The translations under genes were made by a program, and so were the position numbers. 64,000 nucleotides of DNA, taken from Eledone cirrhosa. Lineage: Eukaryota. Positions 40,063 through 55,474 of this stretch are shown piece by piece. The notes under the pieces were generated by a model, which was not told where the DNA came from, searched no databases, and saw nothing but the letters and a program-made list of their open reading frames with translations. How positions within the stretch are numbered: the stretch's first letter is position 1; each line of letters begins with the position of its first letter. The stretch lies in the NCBI GenBank assembly GCA_964016885.1, contig OZ024740.1:241304001-241368000 (forward strand). The letters are read 5' to 3'.

Positions 40063-41602
40063 GCATATATATATATATATACACACACGCATATTTTTTT
40101 CAAGGAAGGAATTATAATCCGATTTATAATAAAATTCATCACATATCCTCTCATTTGTCAATATTATCCACTTATCGTGTTAAATTTCTTAAAAGTCTTT
40201 GAATTACCATAATTATTTGTCTTGCTATAGTTATTCAGAATGTAGTAAGCAATGAACACCTTAGCTGCTTAAAAATCATCTCTTATATCATTATTATCCT
40301 TAAATGTGATTTTCAATGATATTTTACGTTCTTAACTTTAGATTTATCACGTGCATCAAGCTGCGCTCAGAGAGGGAGAGGGAGAAAATGTGTGTGTATG
40401 AGGGAGAGAGTGAGAGAGAGATAGAGAGAGAAAAGGAAAGAGATAAATGATATAACGAGAGATAGAAATATATAGATAGGCAGAGAGATCACAGAGCGAA
40501 TGAGTTCTTTGAATTTACGCTATAAACAAACAGCTTGTATACACGTTCGCATACATCCACACATGCACACGCCTCATCCCACAGACATATAGAGCTTCCT
40601 CTATTAGAGATCTTTCAGAGCAGTGTAGTAGTCAGAAACGTTGATTTGCTCTAAGTGAAGTGCATTTACTTCAACTTGGTCACGAATCGTTTTTTTTTCT
40701 ATTTTTTGCTAAAGAGCGCTCGTCACCCTCTTTAACATTTCTAAGCTTGTTGCCTTTATGAGGAATCATTCATGGACTTGAGAACTCCAACTTCAGCTCC
40801 TTCTACCTCTGAATAATTAATGAAAGTGATATATATATATATAGAGAGAGAGAGAGGGAGAGAGAGGGAGAGAGATGGTGGTGGGGGGAGACGGGGCGAG
40901 AGAGAGAGTAAGAGGGGGATCTGAGATAGCTGAACATCGGAATTTACGCTTTGCAGTATCTCATCGCGATTAATTTGAAACTCACTGGGGTTACCTAGCT
41001 TTGTTCAATTAAAAAATTACGTTATTGGTGTTGGAATATCTAATTTAAAAAACAAAAACGTGTTTAGTTAAGAGGCAGGTAAATTGATAATATACAGGAA
41101 TTTAATTGTACTAAATGTTTAAAGAGTTTAAAATCGTGTATTTCTGAAAATGATTAAATATAGAACCTTTAGGGAAAAAAGGAGTAAAACAACAAATATA
41201 TTTTGTCATCAGCTCCAGGGTTGACAGAGTTGCGGCAGATAATTGAATAAAATGTTACAGAATTACATTGAATTAATAAGTTGAGCGCTGCTATTCGCTT
41301 ATTGGTCGTCAATAAACTAATAAAATTTTAAATTTCCCTTTCTAAATATATTTCTTAATATTTTTTATTTTTCGGGATGTCAAAACCTTGCAATTCTAAC
41401 GTAAACAATATTTTTTTTGTCCCCCAAGGATTAATTGCAACAAAATGAAGATGTTAATAACATTGATAGTATTTATAGCCAAATATCTGGCTAAAGCAAA
41501 TCCAAAGACGCAGTTTTCAATGACGCATCACTCATTCATTGGCTTCGGCCGTTTGTCTGTGACCCTGCCGTGACACTGTAAAAATATAGTGAAACTAATA
41601 AT

Positions 41603-42050
41603 AATCATTTCTGATTTAGGTACAAGGCCAGCAATTCTGGGGGAGGGAAAACCGATTAAATCGACCCCAGTGCCGTATTGGCACTTTATTTTATCCCCGT
41701 AAGGATTTGAACTCAGAACATAAAGAACTGTAACTCTACCGATACTGCTAATCCATCACCTAATAACAAGGTCAACAATTTTAGGGGAGTGGAAAGTCGA
41801 TTAAATCGACCCCAGTGCGAACTCAGAACGTAAAGGGACGTAAGTCTATGCCGTAAAGCCTGTTGTTTGACGCTCTACCGATACTACCAATCCATCGTCC
41901 TCACTACTAATAATATTAGTGGTTTCTAATATATAAACAAGGCCAACCATTTATTGGTGTGGGATGGGAGTGTTGATTATACCGATCCCAGTTGACCTCG
42001 CTCGAATTTGAACTCAGAAAGTTCTAGAGCTGTTCGGCAGTCTAAACATT
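41603..42050 (-). mobile_element. Cluster of three partial SINE copies
   Basis: Repeated cgaccccagt / gaactcagaa / ctctaccgatact segments. Confidence 0.65.
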
Positions 42051-43499
42051 TTGCCAAAATAGTGTATAAATAAAATTGTTACTCATTTGCAGTGCAGAGG
42101 TATATTCTATTAAATTGACCACACATGTTCCGTCGAATCAACACTCGATTGTAAATTCGTTATCCGTTAATCTTTTTAAATATTTAGTTACAAAACCAAT
42201 GTATGTCGGAGTGGCGGTGTAGTCAATTGACCATGGAGATATTAAAAGAAAATTCGACCACGGAGATATTTGAATAGTCATAAGTCATCTACAATATTAT
42301 TATGCTTGTACGTATTTTATGCGGATGGAGGAAAGGTAAGAGAGCGAGTGCAAGAGAGAGAGAGAGAGGAAGAGAGAGCGAGAGAGGGAGAGAGAGAAAG
42401 TATTGATGGGAAAGGTAATAGTAACGGTGTGAGGAAGAAGAAAGAGAGAGGAAGTGAAAAAGTTTTAAGAGGGGGGGGGGTGATAGTAACATTATGAAGC
42501 AGAAGAAAGAGAAGGTAATTTGCTTGACTGTTGATGGAGGAAGTAGTAACGCTACAAGGCAAAAAGAAAAAAGAAAAAGAAAAAAAAAAAAGAGAGGGCC
42601 ATTTACCTACAGACATAATTAAACCCACACAAATAATATATTGAGTACTGCAACTGGTGGTTTTGGTGGTTGTGGTTAGGCGGGTAGCAAAGACTAGTTT
42701 ATTTTAAAAAAACTAATATATTTAGAATCGTCAATTATTTAATATATGCACTTTAGTGTAATCAACTGCCATCTACTAAACTTATCCTTTTATGAATGGT
42801 AAGAGATGGGAGAGCGGGAGGGACGGAAGCAGTGACAGTGGGAGTTTGGTTCCTTTGTGTTCGGACCTGGTGTATATTTATCATGTTTCACGGACATCCA
42901 CTCACACTAAAATAGTTTATCAATTAATACAAACATCATGTGAACAACGATCTAATACCAACTAACTCCACTATCAATTAAGAAATCACAGAGTGAAACA
43001 TTTAATAAGCTAGGGATTTACAGTCATACGTTAAATTCTCTAAGGTTAGGAAATTATCTGATCTTTTTTGTTTGAATAGTTGATACCAATAAGCAATGGA
43101 AACAAAAAATAAAAGCTATCACAAAAACCCTTTGTATATAAAGAACTATTAAATTAATGATGTAAATTGGGATATGATAATTAATGGTTTAATAATTCAA
43201 ATTATACCATGATGAAAACCAAACATGTGTCAGTAATTATTGTGTTTTAGTTGTTAACGATCATAGAAATTCTACATGGCCACCTAGTCTGCATTAATAC
43301 AACATGGAATTTAAGAAAAAGAGCACAGGCGTTAAGAAAGTCACTTAAATGCTCCTTGGTTTCGGTCTCAAGTCACTGTATATCGAGTACGCGTACACAA
43401 AAGCGTACACAAAAACTGTGTGAAAGTCATTGAAGGGATCGTTACTGCCCTTGGATGGTAGACTTAATCCATTTTTTGATTTAACACCACCACATGGTC

Positions 43500-44195
43500 C
43501 TTCAGAGCTTTTAACTGAGTCCAATTCGCTGAACGTATTTCAGTCAGATATTCAAGCTGGTGCGCCGGTTTGACCAGCATAGTCTGACATGTTTTCACTC
43601 AGACTTCCAACTCAATGCAGTACCAGCACTCTCGCCAGACACTCAGACAGCAACTGTTTGTATATTGGTGTTTCCCTGAGGCTCGACCTCTGGATTTGTA
43701 AATTATAGTGCTGGTTGTCTGTCACTCCATGGCGCTCTCAACGAGATAATAAAACAGGGCCTGGACGCCGCTGGCTTCCCTACCCAGCTCGAGCCAGCAG
43801 GGCTGAACCGAGGGGGGCTGTAAAAGGCCAGACGGCAGGAGAATTTTCCAGTTTTGTGGTGGTAGACCCCTCATCTGGGATACTACATGCTGTGACACCA
43901 TCTGTAGCGGCAACCTGGTACGTTCAGCTACCAGCCCAAGCTCTGCTGCCCACAAAGCCGAAGAGAGCAAACTGTCAAAGTATCGGCTACTCTTTGATAG
44001 GTTTCTGGTCGGGTCTGTGGCAGTGGAGATATCCGGCGTTCTTGACTCCCGGATCACATCCCTACTCATTGCTAACGGGGCGAAGTTGGCAACCCGCAAG
44101 AGCGAGACCCCCGAGTTGGGGTGGCTTTTCTAGCACGAGTCCATTGCTATCCTCCGACGCATATCTTCTCCATCTTGTCAGTCTAATCCTTAAAC
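43500..44195 (-). mobile_element. Possible LINE (RTE-like) 5' UTR and decayed endonuclease start
   Basis: GC-rich island; weak resemblance to an APE N-terminus near 43600-43520. Confidence 0.3.
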
Positions 44196-44217
44196 AGTGA
44201 GTAGTATATATAGATCT

Positions 44218-44530
<313 letters not shown>

Positions 44531-45491
44531 CCCCCCCACAAACACTCAACAGTAGGAATCATTAAATGTTTTTTCAATTAATTCGTCCCTTCCTCTCACC
44601 AGTGTTGGAGGCCCTGAAAAGAGACATGGAAGTTGCCTTTCCCCATCTGACCGTGACAGTAAAAAACTGCTGTATTGGTACACACACACAAATGTACATA
44701 GGAAAGAGACAGTGGATGATTTAACTCCGGTATTCAACTGGAGCGTATTTGAATTGTATATCCATGAGAGATGACATTTGAATTCAAATCGTAAAAGGAC
44801 TTAAATAAATACTGTAGAAGTCTACTGTTTCTGCCTTCAACGAAAAAGATCATAAACATAAATCATCATTCATTCATTCATCCATTTATTCATTCATTCA
44901 TTTATACAGCCTAAAGCGAAATCTGTTATTTATTTCCATTGAACATTTTCTAATAGATTATTAATATTAAGTTTAGAAGCTTATTATTGTATTCTGTTTA
45001 ATCCGATAAACCGAATGATTCAAATAATACTATCTTTCCCGTTATTCACATACTGGATCCAATAGATAATTACACGAAACAATAACTCATAAAAGCTGAA
45101 CTTTCTTATTCTGGCAGTAGCTTTTTTTCCCTTATCATATATATTTTTTTTGTCTTTCTACACATTGTGATTAAACACGCGATCACTTCTAAATTGTGTT
45201 TAGCTGCCGGCAATACAAGTCTACGTTCAAAATCATTTGTTTTCACATACCCCTCGAATCTGTGATTTCATGTACACTAAATAGCATTGAATGGTTGAAC
45301 TCTACTAGGCTAATTTTATTTCTATTCGTAGCATGAAGAATATGTTTATGCCATCAACACATTTGGGTTGAATGATCCAAGTTTGTTAAATAAAATCAAA
45401 GAAACAAAGATTTTCGGTTTAGAGTTTATGAATGTTGAACCTTAGACCATGCCATTAAAAGAAGTTGGCTGTCATTATTGCCTTTTAATAA

Positions 45492-45682
45492 AGGGCGGTG
45501 GATTGGCAGTATCGGTAGAGGGTCGGACGCCATGCTTTCCAGCATAGTTACGTCCCTTTACGATCTGAGTTCAAATCCCGCCGAGGTAGACTTTGCCTTT
45601 CATCCTTACGGGGGTCGATAAAATAAAGTACCAGTAATGCACTGGGTAATTGCTGGCCTTGTGCCTAAAGTAGAAACAATTA
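45492..45682 (+). mobile_element. tRNA-derived SINE with TSD
   Basis: Full-length; ttattgYcttttaataaagg duplicated. Confidence 0.88.
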
Positions 45683-48635
45683 TTGTCTTTTAATAAAGGA
45701 AACGTATTGTCATTTCATATCATATTCGGTTTGGCGTTGTTCGTTACAGGTTTCTACAGAATTATCATTAGTGAATAGCATTTCTGATAGTGAGAGTAAT
45801 AAGAGATAGTTTGTAACTAAGGTGGAATATATACTGCAGATTGTACTTATATTAGAAAGCTTCAGACTTTCAGCTTTCCCAGTGATTTCGCCGATATACT
45901 TCAGTGACAGACAGACAGATACACACACACACAAACACACAAACACACACATACACACAAACGCACACATACATACCCACACACACAAACGCACACACAC
46001 ATATACACATTCCCGCACACACAAACACACACGACTTCCGGCACACACAAACACACACGACTTCCCGCACACACAAACACACACACACAAATATATAGTG
46101 CAAAGTCAAGAATGCAAAAACAAGGAAAACAAGCATGGAAGAATACTACAAAATGTGTTGTAAGGTTCACGATTGTGCTGTCAAAAGAAATGTCTTCAAC
46201 GTATCGAACAATAGTATTTTATGAGGAAACAAACTATAGTAGGAGAGAAGTTAGGAGAGAGGAGAAACTAGGAAAAAAGCTCAAATAACGGGTCATCAGC
46301 AGGGATGAATTGAACTTCTGCAAATCTTTCGTCTAGCGAATTCCAATCGCAAGACATTAATAAATCCGAGACTATGGTAGAAGATAATTGCTTAATGTTC
46401 AGTGCCATGAAATAAAACCTAGAACCGAGTTTTTGTAAAGCGAAATTTTATACTACACAGCCATGCCTACATCCTTTTAATGGCGTAAACATATTATTAA
46501 AATTGAAGGAACAAATATACTTCAGAAATATACTTTACTTCACAACCATTTGAATAAGGGTTATAAGTGTACATACTTCACAAATATTTGAAAGATTGCT
46601 ACAGCAGTGGTATACAATAGGACACATACACACATAGACATATACACACCCTCGCACACATGCACACGCACACATACACATAGTTGGTTGTACGCATTTG
46701 CACACAGACATATGTGCGTGCACACGCTCATATATTCACACAAATCTTTATATGACAGCAAAACTTTATACTCAGGTTATCTTTCCTTTTTTTTCAAAGT
46801 ATGGTTTTATTCCTAATGCACAAATCCAAAATACTGGCTTTAGTCTAGTTAAGTGAAATTAGTTTAGTTCGGTAGTGAAGTTAGTTTGCAGTCAAGTCTC
46901 CGGCAATAGTATTCTGAGTTTCAGTTATGTTGCAGTCAACTTCAACTTCCATTTTTCAAACATTACAGAACATAAGAAACATAATCCATTTTACACAACA
47001 ATTGTCTTGAGTCTATTCGACAAAATATAGTATAGTATTTAGTTTGAGTTTAATTAGCGTATGTTTTACAACGCATAATGTGGTCGGTCAGCGTTCTGTG
47101 TTCAAATCTCGCCGATATATACTTTACCTTTCATACTTTTAGGAACAGTAAAGTGCCAGTCTGTTGTAGCTCTCATTCTAGCTGTCATATTCTTTATGTC
47201 CCATTAGTTACAGGGTCAAGAGTGTGTCTATATGTGTTCGCGACTACATGGGTACCCAATACTATTTATAAATACACGGTATATGCTTTATTCAGTCATC
47301 CTCAATTGTTAGTAACGGCTGTAGATATTTGTGTATTTACAACCTACAAACATATTTCTAACCTAAAACACTCTTGACACTTTTATATACCTTTTTAACC
47401 ATCTATTTATATGGACATACTTCACAATGATTTCTGTGTTCACCGACAACCAGTCTTTGTTAAATCTGTGATTGTACAGCCCTATTATTGGAACATATGA
47501 CTCGTCTTAAATGTGACATGCATATTCAGAATTTAGTAGTAGTACAGCTCGTGTCATTCACTAAAGTTTGCCTACTTCTCTGTCTGTATACTGCTTGCAG
47601 GGTTTTTCGATAATTTCATGCTTCATAAGACATTGATGCACATGGTGATCTAGTATTTAATTGTCTAAAAAGTTGTATTTGTTTATTATATATTTATGCC
47701 GGAAAAGGACTGGACAAAAATTATTTCATATCTATCGTATCGAATGTTTTTGTTTCCTTGTAAAGAACAATTAAATTGAATTTAGTGCGACCGCCGTGTT
47801 GACAACCAGCCTTCACAGTCATGATCATTTAGCATGATTTCACCGGGCTTCCAGGTTGATGTGTCAGTCCTGTATTATGTGCTTACAAACATATAGACTT
47901 GCTATATGGGTAACGAATTGACATTCGTTAGAACGTCGGATAGAATGCTTTACATTTTACCTTTTCAAGATTGATAAATAAAAAGTATCAGTATTGGGGT
48001 CGATTCCTTTATGCTTCGTTCTGACTTCCTCTCTATAACTTTCTCTCCTTCTATTCAAGAAATCGACAGTAATTCGACTTGGAGAAAGGATGGGCTCGGC
48101 CAGGTTTAAAGTGCTCAATACATACCGTACGTCCCCACGGCTTCCTTGCATCTCCATCAGGAGTTACGGGTGCATAGATACATACATGCTACATTATGAG
48201 CGTAGAGAAGTATGCTGGATTTTTATATTTGTGGGAATTGTCATAAAAGAGATAGAAAGTTATAGGCCATACCAGAAGTACCATCCATGTAAACGGACGT
48301 GTTGGTGTGCTGCGAACACAGCTTCAACAATTCACCAAATATTGCTTTTCTGATTGTAGGTATACATTACGTGAAATAAGTTAACACTAAAGTAAAGAAG
48401 GCTTGTAGGAACACAGACATTATAAACATCTATTTTCATTTTCCTTTTCAGTAGGTGTGAGTTCGAGTCTCATGGGTGACATTGTCCAGATTGTTCCGTC
48501 TCCAGAGTCTTATATGTCCAACATTTTAGACTACTTTTCATAGTAAAAAATGCGCGTTGAAGCTGTTATCTCTAACTTAACTTAATGTTCAATATATATA
48601 TATATATATATAGTACAATATAATAATAATAATAA

Positions 48636-48824
48636 TAATTGTTTCTACTTTAGGCACAAGGCCAGCAATTACCCAGTGCATTACTGGTACTTTATTTTAT
48701 CGACCCCGTAAGGATGAAAGGCAAAGTCAACCTCGGCGGGATTTGAACTCAGATCGTAAAGGGACGTAACTATGCTGGAAAGCATGGCGTCCGACCCTCT
48801 ACCGATACTGCCAATCCACCGCCC
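48636..48824 (-). mobile_element. tRNA-derived SINE
   Basis: Near-identical reverse complement of 45492-45682; (TTA)n tail. Confidence 0.88.
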
Positions 48825-48829
48825 TGATA

Positions 48830-50531
48830 GCAATGCTTTCTTTATTAACCACAGGGGTTGACACAAAGTATAACATTAAGGACAACACAGGACAATACAG
48901 AACGGTACAAATGGGTATTTCTGCATGTAAAAAACAAAAACAGAGTATGTGACAAAAAAAAGAAACAATGAGAAATTCCCCAATAGAGGGGAGACTTCCG
49001 AGGGTCGCTCGTGGAGAAAGCCCACAAAAAACGCCACGGTTACCCTGACCGGTAGGGCAAGTGCCCTCTGCCAGTTTTCCTCCTACGATGCTACAGGCAC
49101 ACGCTCTGGGTAGGCCCATTCACACGAGCCATTCTTGCCTCTCTCACCCACCTTCCAACAAACTGGCTGGAAGGCAGCACTTCCCTCTCTACCCTGATTT
49201 TCCTTTTCAGGTGAAACCTGAAAAAGTTAATGAGGGCGTCACCGAAGAGGAAAGTACCCGTCTTCAACCCTTTCAGACGTGTCCACCATACGATCTCTTT
49301 TACCATGGCCACCAGGCACATAAAAACTGTCTGCCTTTCCCGGCTAAAGGAAGGTGGTGGTGGCAATTCTCACGATGGACTCAGCTGATAGCCGGATCCG
49401 TTCTACACGTGACAGCAGGTGTTCGACATAAACCCACAAGTTAGCAATGCTCGGACACTGGACGAGTGCGTGCAGGACGGTTTCATCGCCCTGCGTGCAT
49501 CTCGGATATGCCCGGCTGACGACACTTCCATGTCTGTAGAGTTTATCCCGAATTGGCAAGGCTTCTCGGTAGCACTACCAGGACAGAGATTTCTGGAAGT
49601 TGTCCATGGGCCCCGGCCCGAAAGTTCTCCCGTAGAGATTGGCTAGTTTTCGTCGACGCCCAGAGTCTCCCCAAGGACGTCGTCGCTCTTTCCCTCCACT
49701 AACCCTCTACAGAACACCAAGGTGGAGTTTCCATCGATAGTAATGCCCGATTGGTCGAGGGCTGTGAGCGCCTGAAGACATTCCTGTCCTCAAGCGCTTC
49801 CTCTCGGTCTTCGCTTGACCCAGGACTGCAGCTCCGCCAAGGAGACGAGCAGGGGAAAGACGTGTCTAGCAAACGGCGACCACACCTGATCACCGTCAAG
49901 GAAGAGGTGGAGATGCCGTAGCCTGAGCGCATGTCTGCACATCACCCTCCACAGTATGCTCAGCCCTCCGCGTAGCGGGTGTTGACAGCAGATGGGCCGC
50001 CTGACCATCGGAGCACGTCCCTTCCACAAAAAGTGAAAGAGAAAACGCTCCAGCGCAGTCAGGCGGGGCTTAGGACAAGACACGACGGTCAGGCGGTAGT
50101 AGATGGCGAACGCGATGTACGCGTTCGCCACCTCCGCTCGACCTTTCAGGGATAGCTTCCTCTCGGTCCATTTCTGGGTGAGAGAAGCCACCTTGCTCGT
50201 CACCTCGTCCCAGTTTTTGTCCGTCTGGAGGTCCGGACCGAACCATACCCCCAGCAATTTAACCGGTCCGTCCATCCACTGCCCGACAACGCTGTTGGAC
50301 GGGATGGACCTGCCTCTCCAGGTGCCGAGTAGCAGGCCCACCGACTTTTCCTGGTTGATCATTGCTCTTGTCACCACCTCGTATTCTCTTAGTGTAGTGT
50401 CAATCGTCTCGATGTGTTTGGCGTTCGACACCACTACGGTGACGTCGTCTGCATATGCTGACACGGTTCTTTCGCATCCTAGTTCGCGCGGGACCCCCCT
50501 CAACATTTCCAGTTTGTGCAGTAATGGCTCA
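48830..50531 (-). mobile_element. Tx1/L1-clade LINE, 5'-truncated and frameshifted
   Basis: SAYADDVTV, INQEKS, VKLLGVWFG, RKLSLKGRA, FLWKG, PRC..GDETVLHALVQC; aataaa at the 3' end. Confidence 0.9.
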
Positions 50532-50544
50532 TATATACATATAC

Positions 50545-50600
<56 letters not shown>

Positions 50601-50603
<3 letters not shown>

Positions 50604-50751
50604 GTAGGAGGTGAGTTTTATTGTAGTACAATAAAGCACTGCAGATATCGGATAAGAAGCACTCTACAGTTTGTAGGACTGGAGTATACATAATATATAA
50701 GATCAAAAGATGGTTAAATGAGTTCCATTTAACTCATTTAACCATCTTTTG

Positions 50752-50760
<9 letters not shown>
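50601..50760 (-). mobile_element. Family B pLTR tail with a short fold-back arm, in (TA)n
   Basis: Reverse complement of 3565-3689; inverted arms 50695-50724 / 50730-50760. Confidence 0.8.
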
Positions 50761-50804
<44 letters not shown>

Positions 50805-51164
50805 GGGCTACATCAATATCCGAGTTAAGCAGGATATTATTCGCATTAGCAGAATGCTGAAAACCACATAGCAAAGTTCTGTATATTTTCTAAAATAGAT
50901 TCAATTGTATTTTTTTCAATTGTTTTTCTTTTTCAATAATGTAATTTTCCTGTGAATAATAATGACTCTGAGCCAAAAGAAGAATCAAATAAGCATGACG
51001 TTACCAGGGAAATCTGAGAATGAAATTTAATAACAAGCCAGTGGGAAATTGGCAAGTAATGCATTTGTTAACAGATCATTAGTATAACTTAAGAAATTCC
51101 AAGGCGACAGTTGGATATTGGTGAAACATATGTGTATGTGTGTATGTATGCATGGGTACGTGAA

Positions 51165-51420
51165 GGGATGTGGCTTAGTGGTTTGAGTTTTCGGCTGAAA
51201 CTCGTAAGATTGTGAGTTCGATTCACGGCGAAGTGTTGTGTTCTTTAGTAGCACACTTTATTTCATGTTGCTCCAATCTACTCAGCTAGAAAAATGAGTT
51301 GTACCCGTAATTCAAAGGGTTATCCTTGTTACATATTGTGTCACGCTGAATTTCCCTGAAATTTCGCTAAGAGTACACTTGCCCGTAGAATGATTAGCGA
51401 CTTGTACGTTTAATTTCGTG
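51165..51420 (+). mobile_element. tRNA-derived SINE, second family (CORE-like body)
   Basis: Box A gtggcttagtgg, box B gagttcgattc, body ttgctccaatctactcagct...aaatgagt. Confidence 0.65.
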
Positions 51421-51979
51421 TGTGCATGTGTGTATGAATGTGTATGTGTGTGGGATGAATTTGACCGTTGAGGGCAGGGTATAAGCATCAATTCAAATCA
51501 TTATTTTAATCAGCGTTTGAAGCATAAATGCGGTGGTTTCGAAACATAATCAAATGCATATATTCAGTGTTGTGTTTGCTTTTTCAGTAGGAGAGTGGGA
51601 GAGTCGTTAGCTTCAGACAAACTGCACTCCCACCGCTTATTTAGCTTCGCCATATTACGTTCTGATTTTAAAAGCTACCGAAGTAATCTATACTTTTCAT
51701 CATTTTTAGATGAATCCTTGTACCTATGTAATCAATCAATATTCTGTATCAGAAAAAATATTCAAGCATAAATTATATCGTTGAAACTATCAGCGTAAAA
51801 AATAATGTAGTGACAACCCAGAAAACAAAATGACATCTTGCATTTATTGATTGTGACAATTGTATTATTAAAATGATAAATCAATCCCCGTAACGTCGTG
51901 AATGTCTAAAGCACTTTTACGAATATTGTTATGATTCTTTTACGAAAACGACAGAGCAGGAAAAATAAAAATACACGAA

Positions 51980-53460
51980 TTATAATAATTTCTTTATTAG
52001 CCACGCAGGGCTCACATGAAAAAACATTAAGGACGGTGCAGGACGGTACAGGACGGTACAGGACGGTACGGGACGGTAAAGTGTGGGTTTTGGCGTGTAA
52101 AAAGTCATGTAACAAGAACAAGGAATACATGTAAAACAAATCCAAACAAAATAAAATCGCTCAACAGTGAAACTTTCGAGGGTCGCACATGATGAAAACT
52201 CCCAGTCTTCTTCGTCTAATCTACAGGCACATACTCAGAGGAGGCCCATTTACTCGGGCAATGCTCGCCTCTCTTATTCACTATTAAACAAATTGCTTGG
52301 TTTTTTCCCTCTTCAAGTGAAACCAGAAAAGGGTTAAGCAGGGCTTCGCCCTTATATTTAACCCTTTCAGACGTGTCCACCACACGACCTCTTTTGCCAT
52401 GGCAACCAGGCACATAAAAATTGCCTGTCTTTCCCAGTTAAAGGAAGGCAGTGAGTGAATCTTCACAATGGACTCAGCTGATAGCCGGATCTGTCTACAC
52501 GTGACAACAGGTGTTCGACATAAACCCACAAGTCAGCAATGCTCGGACACTCGAAGAGTAGGCACAGGATGGTTTCGTTGCCATGCGCGCATCTATAATA
52601 GACACTTCCATACGTATAGAGTTTATATTTTTATCTTGAACTGGCAATGCTCTCCGGTAAAATTGCTAGGTCAGGGATTTCCAGAAGTTATCCATGGGCC
52701 CCAGACCGAAAGTCCACCTGAAAAGAATGGTTAATTGATTACCATCGACCCCCTGAGTCTCTCAGAGAACGACATCACTTTTATCCCTTTTCTCCACCAC
52801 CAATCTTCCACAGAACGCGATCAAAGTGGAGTTTCTCCCTACCACATTGTTCGACTGACAGAGGGCTGGAAATGCTTGACGACATTCCAGTTGCCATGAG
52901 CTCACTCTTGATCTTCGCTTGACCCAAGACTGCAGTTCTTTCAAAGTGATGAGCTGAAGAATGGCGCCTCTGATGAACGGGGACAGTACCCGTCGCAATT
53001 AATGATACGCTGAAGTTCATGTACATGCATCATTAGACACAGTATGCCCAGTTCTCTGTGCAGCAGATGTTGACAGGAAATAGATCACTTGACCAGGAGA
53101 ACACGTCCCTCCACAAAAAGCAAAAGGGCAGGCGCTCCAGTCCGGTCAGATTTGAACACAATAGTCAGGCGGTCTTCTTGACTTTCAGGGATAGCTTTCC
53201 CTCGACCCATTTCTGGGTGAGACAGGTCATCCTGCTCATCACCTTATGCCAGTTCTTGTTCACCTTGAAATCTGGACTATACCGATCCTGATTATTTTAA
53301 CCGGTCCGTCCGCCCAGCACTCCATGACGCCGTTGGACGTTATGGACTTGCTTCGCCGAATGTCGAGCTGCAGGCCCATCGATCTTTCCTGGTTAATTTT
53401 CGCCCCTGTCACCACTTACTTAGAGCCGTTCACCTCGATGTCTTAGGTGTTCGACAACGG
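51980..53460 (-). mobile_element. Second, older Tx1/L1 fragment
   Basis: Nucleotide homology to 48830-50440 (e.g. ggactcagctgatagccggatc, caggtgttcgacataaacccacaag). Confidence 0.88.
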
Positions 53461-53572
53461 CTAAAACATTTATATATACGTATGTTGTAAATATTGTTTG
53501 TAGCGGAAGCAGCAAGAGCAGCATGCATAATAATAATAATAGTAGTAGTGGTAGTAGTAGTAGTAGTAGTAA

Positions 53573-53603
<31 letters not shown>

Positions 53604-54425
53604 TGTTGTAGTAGTAGACTATTTTTACAAGGTTACAAGATCACAATTTAGTCGTAGAGTAGGCACTAGTTTATTAAATTGACTGTAGCACTTTCCTGGC
53701 ACATTATTGCTTTTGTTGAACCAAGACAATGTCGACCATGGTATAGTATCTAATCCGAAGGTTCAGCAGGGATACAATATTATATTCCATATAGTCCAAA
53801 GCTGTCCTTTTTATTATTTCTACCACTTTACCACTTTTCATTAAAAATACAATAATGATTGTAATATGTAGGTGGAGACTTTAGATAAAAGTTTAGATAA
53901 ATCATACTATTGAGTATTCATTATAGACACTTTACATTCTGTTAATTAGAAACATAAAACCACTAAGGTTGGCAAAGCATAATGGTTTATATTGACTGAT
54001 TTGACGTAGTTTCAATTGTCAAACTATAAACAGAACTGATATCCATATTTAAAATTTCAAACACACCCGATATATGAGGCTTTTGAAAATCCAAGATAAA
54101 GGTTCGTATTTTCATATTTCTCTTAAATTATCAAAAGAGAGATGAATAGGATATTCTTTTGCTTTTGAATAGTCTATGTTCTTTTGTAAGCATTTGAAAT
54201 AATATCGTATTAATGCCAATAAATAAATAAATAAACAATAACAAATACCTACAACAAAGAACTATTTATTTCTAGTTATCCGACACCCGAAGGATACACG
54301 CAGCCCAAATTTACAAATGTCCCACTTATGATATAATAATTAGTTTATACGTAAAACAAATTTTTGATATGGCAGAAGAGGTAAGCATCCAATGAATTGA
54401 AATTTGTTTTCGAATCCCAAATAAT

Positions 54426-54462
<37 letters not shown>

Positions 54463-55241
54463 TAACTATAGACCTTGGAGTTAATGATGAAGGTACATGA
54501 CGCAGTGGATTCGATTCCTGGACCAGGCACCGCTTTTTGTTCTGGAACATGACACAACATTTCACATTGCCTTTCCTGACAGGACTGAATACACTGTTAT
54601 TAAAACACTCAAGAAACTTTATAGGTGATGCAAACTCGCAGAGGCCAGCTAAAGCTACATGAATGTGGGTTGTAAATTTCATTTTCCTTTCATTGAGATA
54701 ATGTCCTTTCCTTACTACATTCAAATTTCTAATTAAATGTTTGATTCTCACTACACTGAATAAGACAACACAAGTTTAACCATTAAGTTTGATAATTTAT
54801 CTCATTGAATTATTTTAAAAATTTAATATATATATTTAATACATCAAATTCAGTGAGCATTAAAAGAAACTAACTATAAATAATTATGCGATGAGGGACA
54901 AAAATGACGTTATTTGAATCTTTTCCAGCAAGTATGGGAGGTAACTCTACGCAAGTTTCGATATAATGACCTTAGGATCACCATTAGTCAAACCTAGTAG
55001 TCACCCTAGTTGTCTAAATAGTGGTTTCAGAATGATTGCACTTCAGATAATATAATTGCTTAGAGAATAAATGAGGCAGAGACGCCATGCGCATAGGGAA
55101 GTTCGTTAACATATTCAATGGTAAGAGAATTAGGAAGCTAACTAGAAATAATTACACGGTATATACATACAGAAACACACACACGCTCACAGACTCACAC
55201 ACGCACATACACGCATACACACACATACGCACACACACAAG

Positions 55242-55287
<46 letters not shown>

Positions 55288-55291
<4 letters not shown>

Positions 55292-55474
55292 AGTAAGTAA
55301 GACCCCGACGGCTGAGCTCAAGCCGTTTCGACGGCTAATTCAGAATTAGCCGTCGAAACGGCTTGAGCTCAGCCGTCGGGGTCTTACTTACTCCTATTAC
55401 CCACTCTACTACCCTAAGTATTGAGTACTTTGGTGCGTTATGGTCCACCTGGTTCCTTACCACCTTTCCTTCGC
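55288..55474 (+). mobile_element. Fold-back mini-element family C, copy 2
   Basis: Same structure as 12972-13164. Confidence 0.85.

Noticed and set aside
45492-45590. tRNA gene
   Set aside because: A/B boxes belong to a multi-copy SINE head with TSDs; no cloverleaf.
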